Position numbers and translations under genes: made by a program. DNA of 64,000 nt from an uncultured delta proteobacterium. GTDB taxonomy: Bacteria > Desulfobacterota > Binatia > UBA9968. Location: assembly GCA_963847445.1 (NCBI GenBank), contig CAWJZV010000024.1, positions 1 to 64,000 of the forward strand, in the 5' to 3' direction. The notes under the pieces are model-generated. The model did no database searches and had not been told where the DNA came from. It worked only from the letters and a program-made list of their open reading frames with translations. Shown here piece by piece: positions 1-9,446 of this stretch. Position 1 is the first letter of the stretch. Every line of letters begins with the position of its first letter.

Positions 1-293
1 TCTCAATCCCATGCGCATAGCTAACCCTCCGGAGGTTGTCGTGAACTAACTACGTAGCTTGCCGGCTTTCCCTAAGAGCGTTAAACCCCAGTGTAGCGAG
101 GTAAACGAGTTAAAAGACGCCATCGATTAGCTCGACCAACTTTCGGCAGGTGCGGTTCTTCTCGACTTTGTCCATTTAGACAACAGCCGGGTCGGATTCA
201 AAAGCGTTGTAGGTTTTGCGCGGAATCTGATCAGAGTAAAACCCTTATAATAATGGGGCAGGGCATTAAGGTAATCCCTTTCCCATCTCGGTT

Positions 294-329
294 TTGACAT
301 AATATACGGGAATAAGTATATTTGTATAA
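294..329 (+). promoter_or_regulatory. sigma70-type promoter with overlapping operator, probably leaderless, for higBA
   Basis: TTGACA (294-299), 17-nt spacer, TATATT (317-322), 6 nt, then ATG at 329. Perfect inverted repeat AATATAC-N8-GTATATT at 301-322. Confidence 0.7.
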
Positions 330-691
330 TGTCGGACAATCCCAAGCCGATCGTATGGATCGGGACATCTAGACGCGACCTAAAGACTTTCCCGAAACAG
401 GTCCGCTCCGATATCGGTCAGGCGCTTTATTCAGCCCAGTTAGGTGAAACTGATCCTGCGACCAAGCCGCTTAAGGGACTTGGCGGGGCAAGCGTAATGG
501 AGATCGTTGACCGTTACGATACCAATACTTATCGTGCTGTCTACACCGTGCAATTTTCCGAGGTTATTTACGTTCTGCACTCCTTCCAGAAGAAATCCAA
601 GAGCGGCATCGCGACACCGAAAAAGGACATCGAACTCATCCGCCGCAGACTCGCCGAAGCTCAGCGGCTTAACCGGCAAAGGAGCAACTAA
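329..691 (+). CDS. higB: RelE/HigB (Gp49-like) type II toxin
   Basis: KPLKGLGG..VMEI and YRAVY..IYVLHSFQKKS motifs; lies upstream of an XRE antitoxin. Confidence 0.85.
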   Translation: MSDNPKPIVWIGTSRRDLKTFPKQVRSDIGQALYSAQLGETDPATKPLKGLGGASVMEIVDRYDTNTYRAVYTVQFSEVIYVLHSFQKKSKSGIATPKKDIELIRRRLAEAQRLNRQRSN

Positions 692-693
692 CA

Positions 694-1029
694 ATGACAG
701 CTAAAAGACGAAAAACCATTACCTTTGAAAAAAGCAGCGGCAACGTGTTTGCTGATATTGGGTTCGCTCACCCGGAACGCGAGCAACTCAAGGCCCATCT
801 CACTCTACAAATTTTCCGCATCATCAAGAATCGCGGCCTCACACAGGTCGAAGCGGGCGCGCTCCTCGGCATAAAGCAGCCACACGTTTCGGCCCTGATG
901 CGAAACCGTTCCGGCAATTTTTCCGTCGAACGCCTAATGGATTTTTTAATTGCGCTCGGCCACGACGTTGAGATCACCGTCAAGCCAACTCGCAAATCAC
1001 AGGGGCAGGTGTCGATCGTCCTTGCTTGA
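694..1029 (+). CDS. higA: XRE/HTH antitoxin (HigA-like)
   Basis: SSGNVFADIG N-terminus; LTQVEAGALLGIKQPHVSAL helix-turn-helix; FSVERLM motif. Confidence 0.85.
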   Translation: MTAKRRKTITFEKSSGNVFADIGFAHPEREQLKAHLTLQIFRIIKNRGLTQVEAGALLGIKQPHVSALMRNRSGNFSVERLMDFLIALGHDVEITVKPTRKSQGQVSIVLA

Positions 1030-1206
1030 TAGCGCGAGTGCAATTTGGGACGAATGCACCCCAGCACGAAACGTTTCTCAACCTTGATCATCCGCGCTGC
1101 CCGCGAGCAGTGTCCTGTTTCGGGCTCGCGCGCAGCGCAATCAGACTCGCCACTCCATCGACCTGGGTGTCTCCATCGCACGCATGAAGTAGAGGTCGGG
1201 AACGTT

Positions 1207-1470
1207 TTAACAACACCGTTCCGCTACTCTTTTCCTGATCCAAAAGGACTTTGTCCAGCTAGTCAATAACGTCACCTGTTCGGAGACTGCCAACACAATG
1301 ATCTTGGCCCGCTTCATCAACCGCGCCGGGGTTTTCCCTGCTCGCGACCACGTCTTGAGAATATTCATTTCTCTCTCGGTCAACTCTATGACTGGGGCAA
1401 CCCGCATAAAAACTTCCTCCTGCCCCTTAGACGTAGATTAACTCCTATTAATTCAGAGACACTACACTAG
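1207..1470 (-). mobile_element. IS630-family remnant (left end plus transposase N-terminus)
   Basis: MRVAPVIELTERE..RAKIIVLA resembles IS630 transposase N-termini. A GGAGGA RBS precedes it, the end reads CTAGTGTAGTGTCTC, and similarity is lost after about 40 codons. Confidence 0.65.
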
Positions 1471-1603
1471 ATCTTTCGACTTTGCTTCGCTACTCACACG
1501 CGGTCCGCTCGCGACATACAATTGCGCGGGAATGATTCGGCCCAAATTTTCGTCACTCTACTGGAATTGCCGGGGAGGTGGCAAGGGTTTCTTAAAAACA
1601 ACC

Positions 1604-1850
1604 CCGTTCCAGGTTCAAGGCATTTAAAGATCGTACCGTTCCAATAGTTCCAGTCGTTCCACAGGTTCCAAACGTTCCAGCGGCTTCTTGGATCGTTCAA
1701 AGGTTCAAGGGTTCAAGGTCAGATTCGGATGGGATGAAGTCGGGGCCAGGCCCGTTCAAGGTTCAAGGTTCAAAAGTTCAATGTCAGATTTGGACGGGAT
1801 CGCGGAAGAGTCGCTGTTCAGCGGTTCAAGCGTTCAAGGACAGATTCGGA
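1604..1850. repeat. GTTC(A/C)A-rich short-period repeat tract, including three ~60-bp units ending in CAGATT(C/T)GG
   Basis: Read directly from the sequence; homologous to 2520-2650. Confidence 0.8.
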
Positions 1851-1860
1851 GAGCTGTCGC

Positions 1861-2073
1861 CTATTTGCCAACGGTGAGCTCGGCTTCAAAGGGCCGCTCC
1901 TTGCGAAACCGACTGACGCCGAGAATGCTGAACCCGACCACTTGTCCATGCTCGTCGACCCGCTCCATGAGCGCGTCATGGGCAGTTTCGCGCATTGAGC
2001 CGGCGGCATCGCTGAACCGTACTTTTAAAAAGTCCCCTTCGGGATCGAACCAGACTTTTACTTTATCGACCAT
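1861..2073 (-). CDS. DUF2283-family protein (putative antitoxin)
   Basis: VWFDPEGDFLKVRFS and RVDEHGQVVGFSIL signatures; overlaps the upstream gene. Confidence 0.75.
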   Translation of the reverse strand: MVDKVKVWFDPEGDFLKVRFSDAAGSMRETAHDALMERVDEHGQVVGFSILGVSRFRKERPFEAELTVGK

Positions 2074-2369
2074 AGGATTTCTCCTGCTTTCACATTGTCC
2101 GTCAAGTACGCGGTGATAACAAAAGCATCACTGGGTAAATACTTTACCACCACGCACAACCATTTCCCACCCAGCCGGGTACGCGCATAAAACTCGTAAA
2201 AGAGCTTTACGCTATCGTCGGAACGCGATACCCGGACCTCGCTCGGTGTCTGCAAGATTCGCCCGACTTCATCTTCCATTCCGACCATCTCAGCATGCTC
2301 CAAGATAGGCATCAGTCGTTCGTCGGTGAGCCTAATGGAGCGGCCAAAGCAATCGTTGATCAGCTTCAT
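2058..2369 (-). CDS. RelE/BECR-fold putative RNase toxin
   Basis: IRLTDER..I and KWLCVVVKY..AFVITAY pattern; coupled to the DUF2283 gene. Confidence 0.6.
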   Translation of the reverse strand: MKLINDCFGRSIRLTDERLMPILEHAEMVGMEDEVGRILQTPSEVRVSRSDDSVKLFYEFYARTRLGGKWLCVVVKYLPSDAFVITAYLTDNVKAGEILWSIK

Positions 2370-2404
2370 AGTTGCAAGATATGGCAGCGCTCCACTCGGC
2401 GCAA
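2370..2404 (-). promoter_or_regulatory. probable leaderless promoter
   Basis: TTGCGC-N17-TATCTT-N6-ATG on the minus strand; no Shine-Dalgarno. Confidence 0.5.
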
Positions 2405-2519
2405 TCCCCGTAATAGCGACGGTTCGCCGCCTTGTGACATCAATGAAACGGACTAAAGGCCTGATCGCTTCGCTCCGGTCTTGCCCCCGTGCAAAGATTC
2501 ACGGCAGTTAAAGATCAAC

Positions 2520-2650
2520 CCGTTCAAATCGCTCCAATCATTCAACCGCTTCGCCACGTTCAAAACGTTAACTGACTAGGACTCGTTCAAGGGTTCAAGG
2601 CATTTAAAGATCGGCCCGTTCAAAAGTTCAAGGTCAGATTCGGGCGGGGA
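2520..2650. repeat. GTTCAA-rich tract, direct copy of part of 1604-1850
   Basis: GGTTCAAGGCATTTAAAGATCG at 1612 and 2592; GTTCAAGGTCAGATTCGG at about 1711 and 2626. Confidence 0.8.
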
Positions 2651-2694
2651 CTTCCGCTTTTCCGGAATTCCGGGAACGTGAGAATGGACGTCAA

Positions 2695-2920
2695 TTATCG
2701 TTTTCCATAGCGTGCGGTGCGTTCCTCAACCAGGAAGCCGATCTTGCGCTTCTTGGGCTCCGGCGGGGTTATCAGTTGCCGCACGCGGCGAACAACGTCC
2801 TGATGCTCGTGTCGTGCGCCGTCACCGCTCGCTCCAACTCATCCAGTTTAAGTTTGACTTCTTGTTGCAGCTCAACGGTGGCGCGGAGGCGAATGAAGGC
2901 CCGCACCACAAATGAGCTAC
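2695..2920 (-). pseudogene. C-terminal remnant of an ORF6N/KilA-N DNA-binding protein
   Basis: Translates FVVRAFIRLR..KLDELER..HD..I..LF, then a frameshift, then RQLITPPEPKKRKIGF; the 5' part is absent. Confidence 0.65.
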
Positions 2921-3028
2921 CTGGGGACGCTGTTTCCTAGAGGGACAAAGTCCGTTCATGCCGCAGACGCGGAATTCAGCACTAACTTTGGCGTTGATGT
3001 AAATCGTAAATCGACAAACATTGCGCCG

Positions 3029-3307
3029 TCAAATCGACGCTTCTTTAAAAGCGCGGAGAACGGCGTTCATGCGCGTTTGATACCCTCGCCCTTGGGCTTT
3101 AAACCACTCTACAACGTCCGCATCGACTCGGAGGGCCAGCGATGTCTTTGGGGGAACCGGTTGAAGCCCCTTACGCACAAGCGTCCGAGCGACATGCGTG
3201 ATGACGAGCTGCGGATGCGCTTTCGATAGTTTGATTTGGTGCTCTTTCATTGCGCGTAATCGTTTCCAATCAGTTTTGGAGACTTTTGAAGAGGTACGCT
3301 TCTTCAT
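3029..3307 (-). CDS. brnA: BrnA antitoxin
   Basis: TDWKRL and LRVDADVVEWFKAQGRGYQTRMNAVLR motifs. Confidence 0.9.
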   Translation of the reverse strand: MKKRTSSKVSKTDWKRLRAMKEHQIKLSKAHPQLVITHVARTLVRKGLQPVPPKTSLALRVDADVVEWFKAQGRGYQTRMNAVLRAFKEASI

Positions 3308-3545
3308 GTCGTGTCGCCTTTCTAAAAGAGATAATGCGGATTTGTTCCGGTGTTTCGGTATGGACAATGGAAACGGCTGTGCCTTTGAGAACCCCCAAGG
3401 TCACAAAGCGCTGCTCGCCGTAGTTGAATCGATCATCTTCGTACGTAACTGTCGAACCGCCGAAGACCTCCGGCGCGTCACGGAAGTCGAGTTTGTGAAT
3501 CCTGAGATTAGCACTTCGTTTGCGCTCATCCCATTCAAAGAGCAT
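3270..3545 (-). CDS. brnT: BrnT RNase toxin
   Basis: FEWDERK..N..H..DF, YGEQRF and IRIISFRKA motifs. Confidence 0.9.
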   Translation of the reverse strand: MLFEWDERKRSANLRIHKLDFRDAPEVFGGSTVTYEDDRFNYGEQRFVTLGVLKGTAVSIVHTETPEQIRIISFRKATRHEEAYLFKSLQN

Positions 3546-3580
3546 AGACAAACTGTATATACATGTCGCTACGCCGTCAA
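3546..3580 (-). promoter_or_regulatory. probable leaderless promoter and operator of brnTA
   Basis: TTGACG-N17-TACAGT-N6-ATG; the palindrome TGTATATACA overlaps the -10 box. Confidence 0.65.
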
Positions 3581-3647
3581 GATGGTTAACAGCTCCGTGC
3601 AAGTCCGTTTTTCACATAGTGCAGGGGATGGCCGGGAGGCGGTGACT

Positions 3648-3950
3648 CGGGTTTAAAACCCGCCCCAACGATTCCAAAATCTTTTTTGCGTTCTTTGCAT
3701 TGCTATGTCTCATGATTCGCGCGCGACGCGCAAATTCGCCGGATTAGAAAATATCTCGGTCTCGAAGATTCCTCTCGCCAAGGCGCAAAGGCGCCAAGTT
3801 CGGAGTTTCTGTCATTTCGACCACGGGGAGAAATCTCTGTTAGAACCCTCGCATCCGCTCGGGATGACGGGCATTGGCCCGTCACCTTTGCGTCTTTGCG
3901 CCTTTGCGAGAGACAATCCGAAACTCGGTTGCGGCTCTGCTGCGCTAAGC
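3648..3950. repeat. composite intergenic repeat mosaic (GTAG-type REP, CGCAAAG palindrome, nested GTCAT..ATGAC element, GGTTGCGGC motif)
   Basis: Each component recurs elsewhere in the window. Confidence 0.8.
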
Positions 3951-4004
3951 CCCTTGCGGTTAATTCCCCGATTCCGAATATTCTTGCGCGGCTAAATTCT
4001 CTTC

Positions 4005-4205
4005 TTACAGCTTCGCTAGATCGCTGATCTTGCCGCGCCGTCCCGCGTGGTGGAAATTCGGCCACTCTTCGACCTGGGCATCGTGGTAATTCTCACGGTA
4101 CCATTTGACGATCTCGCCGGCGGTGGCGAACCAAACTTTCTTATGTTTCTTGGCGTAGCGGATGAACTCGCGCAAGAGTAACGCGCGGAACGGCCGGCCG
4201 CCGAC
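4005..4205 (-). pseudogene. displaced duplicate of the last 66 codons plus stop of the deacetylase gene (5561-5761)
   Basis: 201-nt direct repeat with 6 differences, all synonymous. Confidence 0.9.
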
Positions 4206-4426
4206 ACCATCCGCGACCGCCTCCAAACCGAAGGAATTACCAAGATGGCTCCAATAAATCAGGTTTTCGTTTCAAGATATTTCCTGTGCATTGGCCCCCC
4301 ATCGTCGGAGTTCGATAGAACCGCGTTCCGGCCGAAGTATTAGTGCAAATAGCTCCGAAAATGATATATTACTCGGACAATACATTCGGCGGTATTGTCG
4401 CCGACCAAAAAAGGCACGTGAAAAAA

Positions 4427-4735
4427 ATGAGCATCGAGATTCCGAAAGAACAGATCGCTGACTTTTGCCGAAAGTGGAAAATCGTAGAACTTTCTCTATT
4501 CGGCTCGGTGCTGCGGGAAGACTTCAGACCCGACAGCGACGTGGACGTCCTGGTAACCTTTTCTCAAGACGCAGACTGGAGCTTGCTCGACCACATGGCC
4601 ATGGAGGAGGAGGCGTCAGCTATTTTCGGCAGGAAGGTAGACTTGATAAGCCGCAAGGCGATTGAGCGCAGCGACAATTACATTCGTCGGAAGGCTATCT
4701 TGGAAACAGCCCAGCCTTACTATGTCACGCGATGA
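4427..4735 (+). CDS. mntA: MNT minimal nucleotidyltransferase antitoxin
   Basis: LFGSVLREDFRPDSDVDVLV (GS-x10-DxD) motif. Confidence 0.9.
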   Translation: MSIEIPKEQIADFCRKWKIVELSLFGSVLREDFRPDSDVDVLVTFSQDADWSLLDHMAMEEEASAIFGRKVDLISRKAIERSDNYIRRKAILETAQPYYVTR

Positions 4736-5064
4736 CGCCACCTTACTGGATTTGCTTAAGGCGGCCCGGTTGGTAGTGCGGTTTAAAGGGAAACTCGCGA
4801 AGAAAGCCTTCGTCCGCGACGTTAAGACGCAATCGGCAATCTTGCATCAATTGCTCGTCATCGGAGAAGCGGTAAAAAGGTTGTCAGAGGAATTCCGTGG
4901 CCAACATTCTCGAATCCCCTGGATAAGAATCGCAGGTGATGCGTGATAAATTGATCCATGCGTACGATGCTGTAGATTTGGATGAGGTTTGGAAAACGGT
5001 AACCAAAGACATTGCACCCCTGATTTCTTTCTTAGAGCGGCTCGTACCGCAGGAGAAAAAATAA
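4722..5064 (+). CDS. hepT: HEPN/DUF86 RNase toxin (frameshift near 4938)
   Basis: VIGEAVK and IPW..IAG, then in the shifted frame MRDKLIHAY (R-x4-H). Confidence 0.85.
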
Positions 5065-5122
5065 AATAGTCTTCAAAGACTCATTTCAAATAAAGTACGC
5101 GGTCTGTCTACATCTCAGAAAA

Positions 5123-5510
5123 AGGGCGGGTTTAAAACCCGCCCCTACGATTCAGAAATCTTTTTTGCGTTCTTTGCACTGTGATGCATTAGAATTTGCC
5201 ACGCCTGTGCAAATTTTATCCCCTGAGGTCGCCGCTCCGCCACCCCAGGGCGTATGCCATACGCCCCTACGTGCGGAATTCGTCCTGAAATTTACTTTGC
5301 ATTGCAGTAGCTCACAGTTTGCGAAGCTTGCGCAAATTTTCGGTCCTGGGTCCGTAAATAGCCGCGCTCCATTGAAAAATCCATCTCACCACGAAGACAC
5401 GAAGAGCACGAAGTTCGGAGTAATAATTTTCCGAACCCTTAGTGTCCTTCGCGACCTTCGTGGTGAAAACTCTTTCCCATTTGGTTGCGGCTATGCTGCG
5501 CTAAGCCCTT
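5123..5510. repeat. composite repeat mosaic containing the empty CACCACGAAG..CTTCGTGGTG element (5385-5470)
   Basis: GTAG-type REPs at 5123 and 5248; the outer parts match 3648-3950. Confidence 0.8.
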
Positions 5511-5560
5511 TGCGGTTAATTCCCCGATTCCGAATATTCTTGCGCGGCTAAATTCTCTTC

Positions 5561-6503
5561 CTACAGCTTCGCTAGATCGCTGATCTTGCCGCGCCGTCCC
5601 GCGTGGTGGAAGTTCGGCCACTCTTCGACCTGGGCGTCGTGGTAATTTTCACGGTACCATTTGACGATCTCGCCGGCGGTGGCGAACCAGACTTTCTTAT
5701 GTTTCTTGGCGTAGCGGATGAACTCGCGCAAGAGTAAAGCGCGGAACGGCCGGCCGCCGACAAACGGATGATTGCCCCACATCATGAACTTCGGATCGGT
5801 GGCGCCCTCTTCGTAGAGGCAATCGAAGCAATCCTTCCACATCTGCAACAAATCGCGCGGCGTGCGGCCGGCGCGCTGGTAGCTCGAATAGTCGTTTAGG
5901 TCCTGGAAATACGCCAGCACCGTCAGCTCCTTATTCTTGACCTTGAGCGTGTACGGCGTCTCCTCATGCTGCGGGTCCATCCAATAGTTGTAGCCGCATT
6001 CCAGGATCACTTCCGGCGTCGAAGCGCTCGGCGCCACGCCGGTAGACAGATAGCCCACCGGCGCGTTGCCGACGACTTTTTTGACGGCAGCGACGGTGTT
6101 TCAGCAGATCCTTCTTTTCCTTGGCCCGCTGCTTCATGTAACTGTAGTCATGGGTCCAGGTCTCGGTGCCGATCTCATGGCCATACTGGGCGGCTTCTTG
6201 GAAAATCTCCGGATAATTTTGCACCGTGATGCCGGTGGGGAAAAAAGTCGTGCGAATCTTTTCCTGCTCGAAAACATTCAGCATCCGGTAAATGCCGACG
6301 CGTTCGCCGAACTCGCGGTCGGTGATGATCGCCAGGTTTCTTTTGGTGACGGCGTTGCGCGGAAAACTGCGCCGATTCTCCTGCTGTAACGTGTCCGGCC
6401 CGCCGAGATCTTCCGGCCAGGTTTCAAAGGCGACGCAAGGCGTGATCGCGATGCGCGCGCCGTTGGGCCATTTGATCGGCTTGCGCTTGGGTTTAACTTT
6501 CAT
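5561..6503 (-). CDS. polysaccharide deacetylase/PuuE-like hydrolase (frameshift near 6100)
   Basis: WPNGARIA, EFGERVGIYRML, GHEIG and HPFVGGRPFR motifs. Confidence 0.8.
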
Positions 6504-6726
6504 ACTGCCTCCCTCAGAAGTTGAAAAAATTTTTCTACTCATGCCACAGTTCCGAGCCATTGCCAACCGAGCGCTGGATAAAGAAAGGGCGGGTTTAAAC
6601 CCGCCCCTACCAATTCGAATTCTATTTTGCGTTCTTTGCGTTCTTTGCGGCCAATTCTCCATCTTCCGCTTCCGCTTGCGTCGCGCTGGGCTCTTTGTGG
6701 TTAAATTCCTAAATCCGACTCTTCTC

Positions 6727-7761
6727 CTACTTGAACTGCGGCATGACCTTGTCAGCGAACAAGCGAATGCTTTTTAGCGCCATCTCCTGCGGCATGCCGC
6801 CGAAGTGAAACGTCCCGGAGATCGTCGTCAGCCCGTTGGGCTCGGCCCATTTGCGAATCGTATCCGCGACCCGTTGCGGATCGCCGGCCAGGACAAACCC
6901 CTCGGTGATTTGCGTCTTGGCGTCGCGCTGGATCAGCAGGCCAACCTCTTTGCGGTCGGTATCCGCGGCCTGATGAACCACGAGATAATTGTCCAGATAA
7001 GGCGCGGCCTCTTCGATGGCTTTTTCCAGACTGCTCGACACGTAAATGTGAAATTTGCCCAGGATGTCCATTTTGCCGGCGTCGTGCCCGGCTTTAGCTA
7101 AATTGTCGCGATAGATTTTTATAAACGCCGGCAACGCTCCCGGGTCGCGATAGAGGTACGGCAGCGTCATCAATTGAAAGCCGTTTTCTCCGGCCCAGCG
7201 AAATGAATCCTCCGTGCGCGCGCAGCCGACCCAAAAGCGCGGATGCGGCCGCTGCACCGGTTTGGGAAACACCGGGACGTTTTCATAATTGAAAAACTCG
7301 CCCTTGAAATTGACCGGCTTGTCCGACCACGCTTGCAGCATGACCTCGACGCCTTCATACATGCGCCCGGTCGCTTCCTTCTGATCGACGCGGTATTTTT
7401 TATACTCGTGCGCTTCGCTGCCCTTGCCGACGCCGAAATCCAACCGTCCATTGGAGATCACATCGACCATCGCATAGGACTCGGCCAGGTCGATGGGGTT
7501 ATGCAGCGGCAATACGCCAATCGCCACACCGAGGCGAATTTGCTTGGTCGTGCGCGCGATCGCCGACATGAACGTCGGCGGATGGGGCAGATCGCCGCCG
7601 TAGTGGGCAAAGTGATGCTCGGTTACCCAAATATGATCGTAACCAAGCCGGTCCATCTCTTCCATTTGGCCGAACATCTTCTGGTAAAACTCGGACACCG
7701 AGCCGTCGAGATCCGGCACGTAGGTCGGCAGATAATGCGATCCAAACTTGGTCACGCCCAT
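6727..7761 (-). CDS. LLM-class flavin-dependent oxidoreductase
   Basis: WVTEHHF, D..SNGRLDFGVG.G and PKPVQRPHP motifs; GGAGG RBS. Confidence 0.9.
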   Translation of the reverse strand: MGVTKFGSHYLPTYVPDLDGSVSEFYQKMFGQMEEMDRLGYDHIWVTEHHFAHYGGDLPHPPTFMSAIARTTKQIRLGVAIGVLPLHNPIDLAESYAMVDVISNGRLDFGVGKGSEAHEYKKYRVDQKEATGRMYEGVEVMLQAWSDKPVNFKGEFFNYENVPVFPKPVQRPHPRFWVGCARTEDSFRWAGENGFQLMTLPYLYRDPGALPAFIKIYRDNLAKAGHDAGKMDILGKFHIYVSSSLEKAIEEAAPYLDNYLVVHQAADTDRKEVGLLIQRDAKTQITEGFVLAGDPQRVADTIRKWAEPNGLTTISGTFHFGGMPQEMALKSIRLFADKVMPQFK

Positions 7762-7948
7762 GGCTTGATAAACCTCCAAGGAATTTCCCTCAACATATAA
7801 GTGGCTCGCGGGCAAGAAGTCAACGGACCGAGCCTATACTCGAACGCCCAACAATCGTAGTCACGCCTAGTAGTTTGCGCGCCGATTTACATCACGCTGC
7901 CATTCGCATAGGACAGATATTGAGCGCTTGATCGAAGGAGGAGACGTC

Positions 7949-8923
7949 ATGATTCACACGCGCATTTGCGATCTGCTCGGCATCGACCATCCCATCGTGC
8001 TCGGCGGCATGGGCAGCGCCACCACCGCAACCCTGGTCGCCGCGGTGTCCAACGCCGGCGGCTTCGGCACCCTCGGCACCTCGGCTTTCAACGCGGCAAC
8101 GCTGGAGAACGAGATCGCCGCCATTCATGAGCGCACCGACAAACCCTTCGGCATCAATCACCTTTTGTTTCAGACCCAGGAAGATATGTTCGCGGTCACG
8201 CTGCGCGCCCGCCCGGCGGTCGCCGCCTTCGCCTGGGCTCGTAAAGAGCAAAACCTCCACGACTATTTTCAGCGCGCCCATGACGCCGGTTGCAAAGTGA
8301 TGCATATGGCCGGGGAAGTTGCCGAAGCGCTGCGCGCCGCCGATGCCGGCGCCGATGTCCTGGTCGCGCAAGGCACCGAAGCCGGCGGCCATGTCGGTTG
8401 GATGGCATCGTTGCCGCTGCTGCCGATGATGGTCAAAGCGGTGGCGCCGCTGCCGGTGCTGTGCGCCGGCGGCATCGCCGATGGCCGCGGTCTCGCCGCC
8501 GCCCTCGCTCTCGGCGCCGACGGCGTGTTGCTCGGCACCCGCTTCATGGCCACACCCGAAGCGCCGATCCATGCGAACTTCAAACAAGCCATCGTCAAAA
8601 GCGACGGCCATGACACCATACTCACCGAAATCCCCGATCTCGCCAGCCAGCGCGTCTGGCCCGGCGCCATGTCGCGCGCCCAGCGCAATCGGTTTATCGA
8701 ACGCTGGGCCGGCCGCGAGTGGGCGATCCGCCAGGACGCCGCGGAAGTCGGCAAGCAAGTCGCCGCCGCCCGCGCCGCCGGCGATATCGACAACGCCCCG
8801 CTATCCTTCGGCCAAGACGCCGGCTTGATCGACTCGATCAAAAGCGTCAACGACGTCGTCCAGGACATCGTCGCCGAAGCAGAGGAAATTCTGCGCGTCC
8901 GGCTGCCCGGTCTACTGCGCTAG
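7949..8923 (+). CDS. nitronate monooxygenase/FabK-like flavoprotein
   Basis: PIVLGGMG, QGTEAGGH, AGGIADGRG and GTRF motifs. Confidence 0.9.
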   Translation: MIHTRICDLLGIDHPIVLGGMGSATTATLVAAVSNAGGFGTLGTSAFNAATLENEIAAIHERTDKPFGINHLLFQTQEDMFAVTLRARPAVAAFAWARKEQNLHDYFQRAHDAGCKVMHMAGEVAEALRAADAGADVLVAQGTEAGGHVGWMASLPLLPMMVKAVAPLPVLCAGGIADGRGLAAALALGADGVLLGTRFMATPEAPIHANFKQAIVKSDGHDTILTEIPDLASQRVWPGAMSRAQRNRFIERWAGREWAIRQDAAEVGKQVAAARAAGDIDNAPLSFGQDAGLIDSIKSVNDVVQDIVAEAEEILRVRLPGLLR

Positions 8924-8964
8924 AATAGCGAGCCGGGTCATAAGCTCGACCAGCGGTTGCGAAT

Positions 8965-9215
8965 TCACCACCAAGCTCTCAGCGCGGCACCGCCGCTACC
9001 GAAACTCGGAACGTCTCCGCAAAGCGCGCAAAGGGCGCGAAGGAAGAGCGTTGTCATTTCGCACGCAGAGAGAAATCCTTCGCAGATCCCGCGCATTTGC
9101 TCGTGATGACAGGCTTCTGGCCTGTCACTTTGCGGCCTTGGCGCGAGGAATGTCCGAATCCGAGGCGCTCTAGTCTGCGAAAATTTGCGCACGCCGCGCA
9201 ACTTCGTGGTGCAAG
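8965..9215. repeat. composite repeat mosaic with GTCAT..ATGAC element at 9052-9111
   Basis: Same components as 3648-3950. Confidence 0.7.
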
Positions 9216-9446
9216 CGATCTATCCCTCCTCAGCTGCAACTTCACACCATCGAGCTCGTTGCGGCTACGACTCCACCGGCGACTCCGCGGCCTTCCGCGT
9301 CCGAATCCTTCCCGATCCTGCCAAAAAATTCATCCCAGCGGCAATAATTACACTGCCTGCAATGAATCGCCTGAGGCAGTGAAAAACTCTCGTACCGAGC
9401 CGCCGCCGGCATGTTAAACTTGACTTTGTTTCACGCTGGTAAATTT

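Noticed and set aside
1-18. Possible gene start on the minus strand (ATG at 18 with GGAGG upstream)
   Set aside because: Only six codons lie inside the window, so no product can be called.
1604-1850. Short repeats with variable spacers as a CRISPR array
   Set aside because: The units are degenerate, low-complexity and irregular in length, and there are no cas genes.
329-5064. TA cluster as an integron cassette array
   Set aside because: No attC-like RYYYAAC..GTTRRRY structures were recognised after the genes, orientations are mixed, and there is no intI.
4005-5761. Duplicated 3' end as a diversity-generating retroelement TR/VR pair
   Set aside because: The differences are synonymous and not adenine-specific on either strand, and no reverse transcriptase is present in the window.
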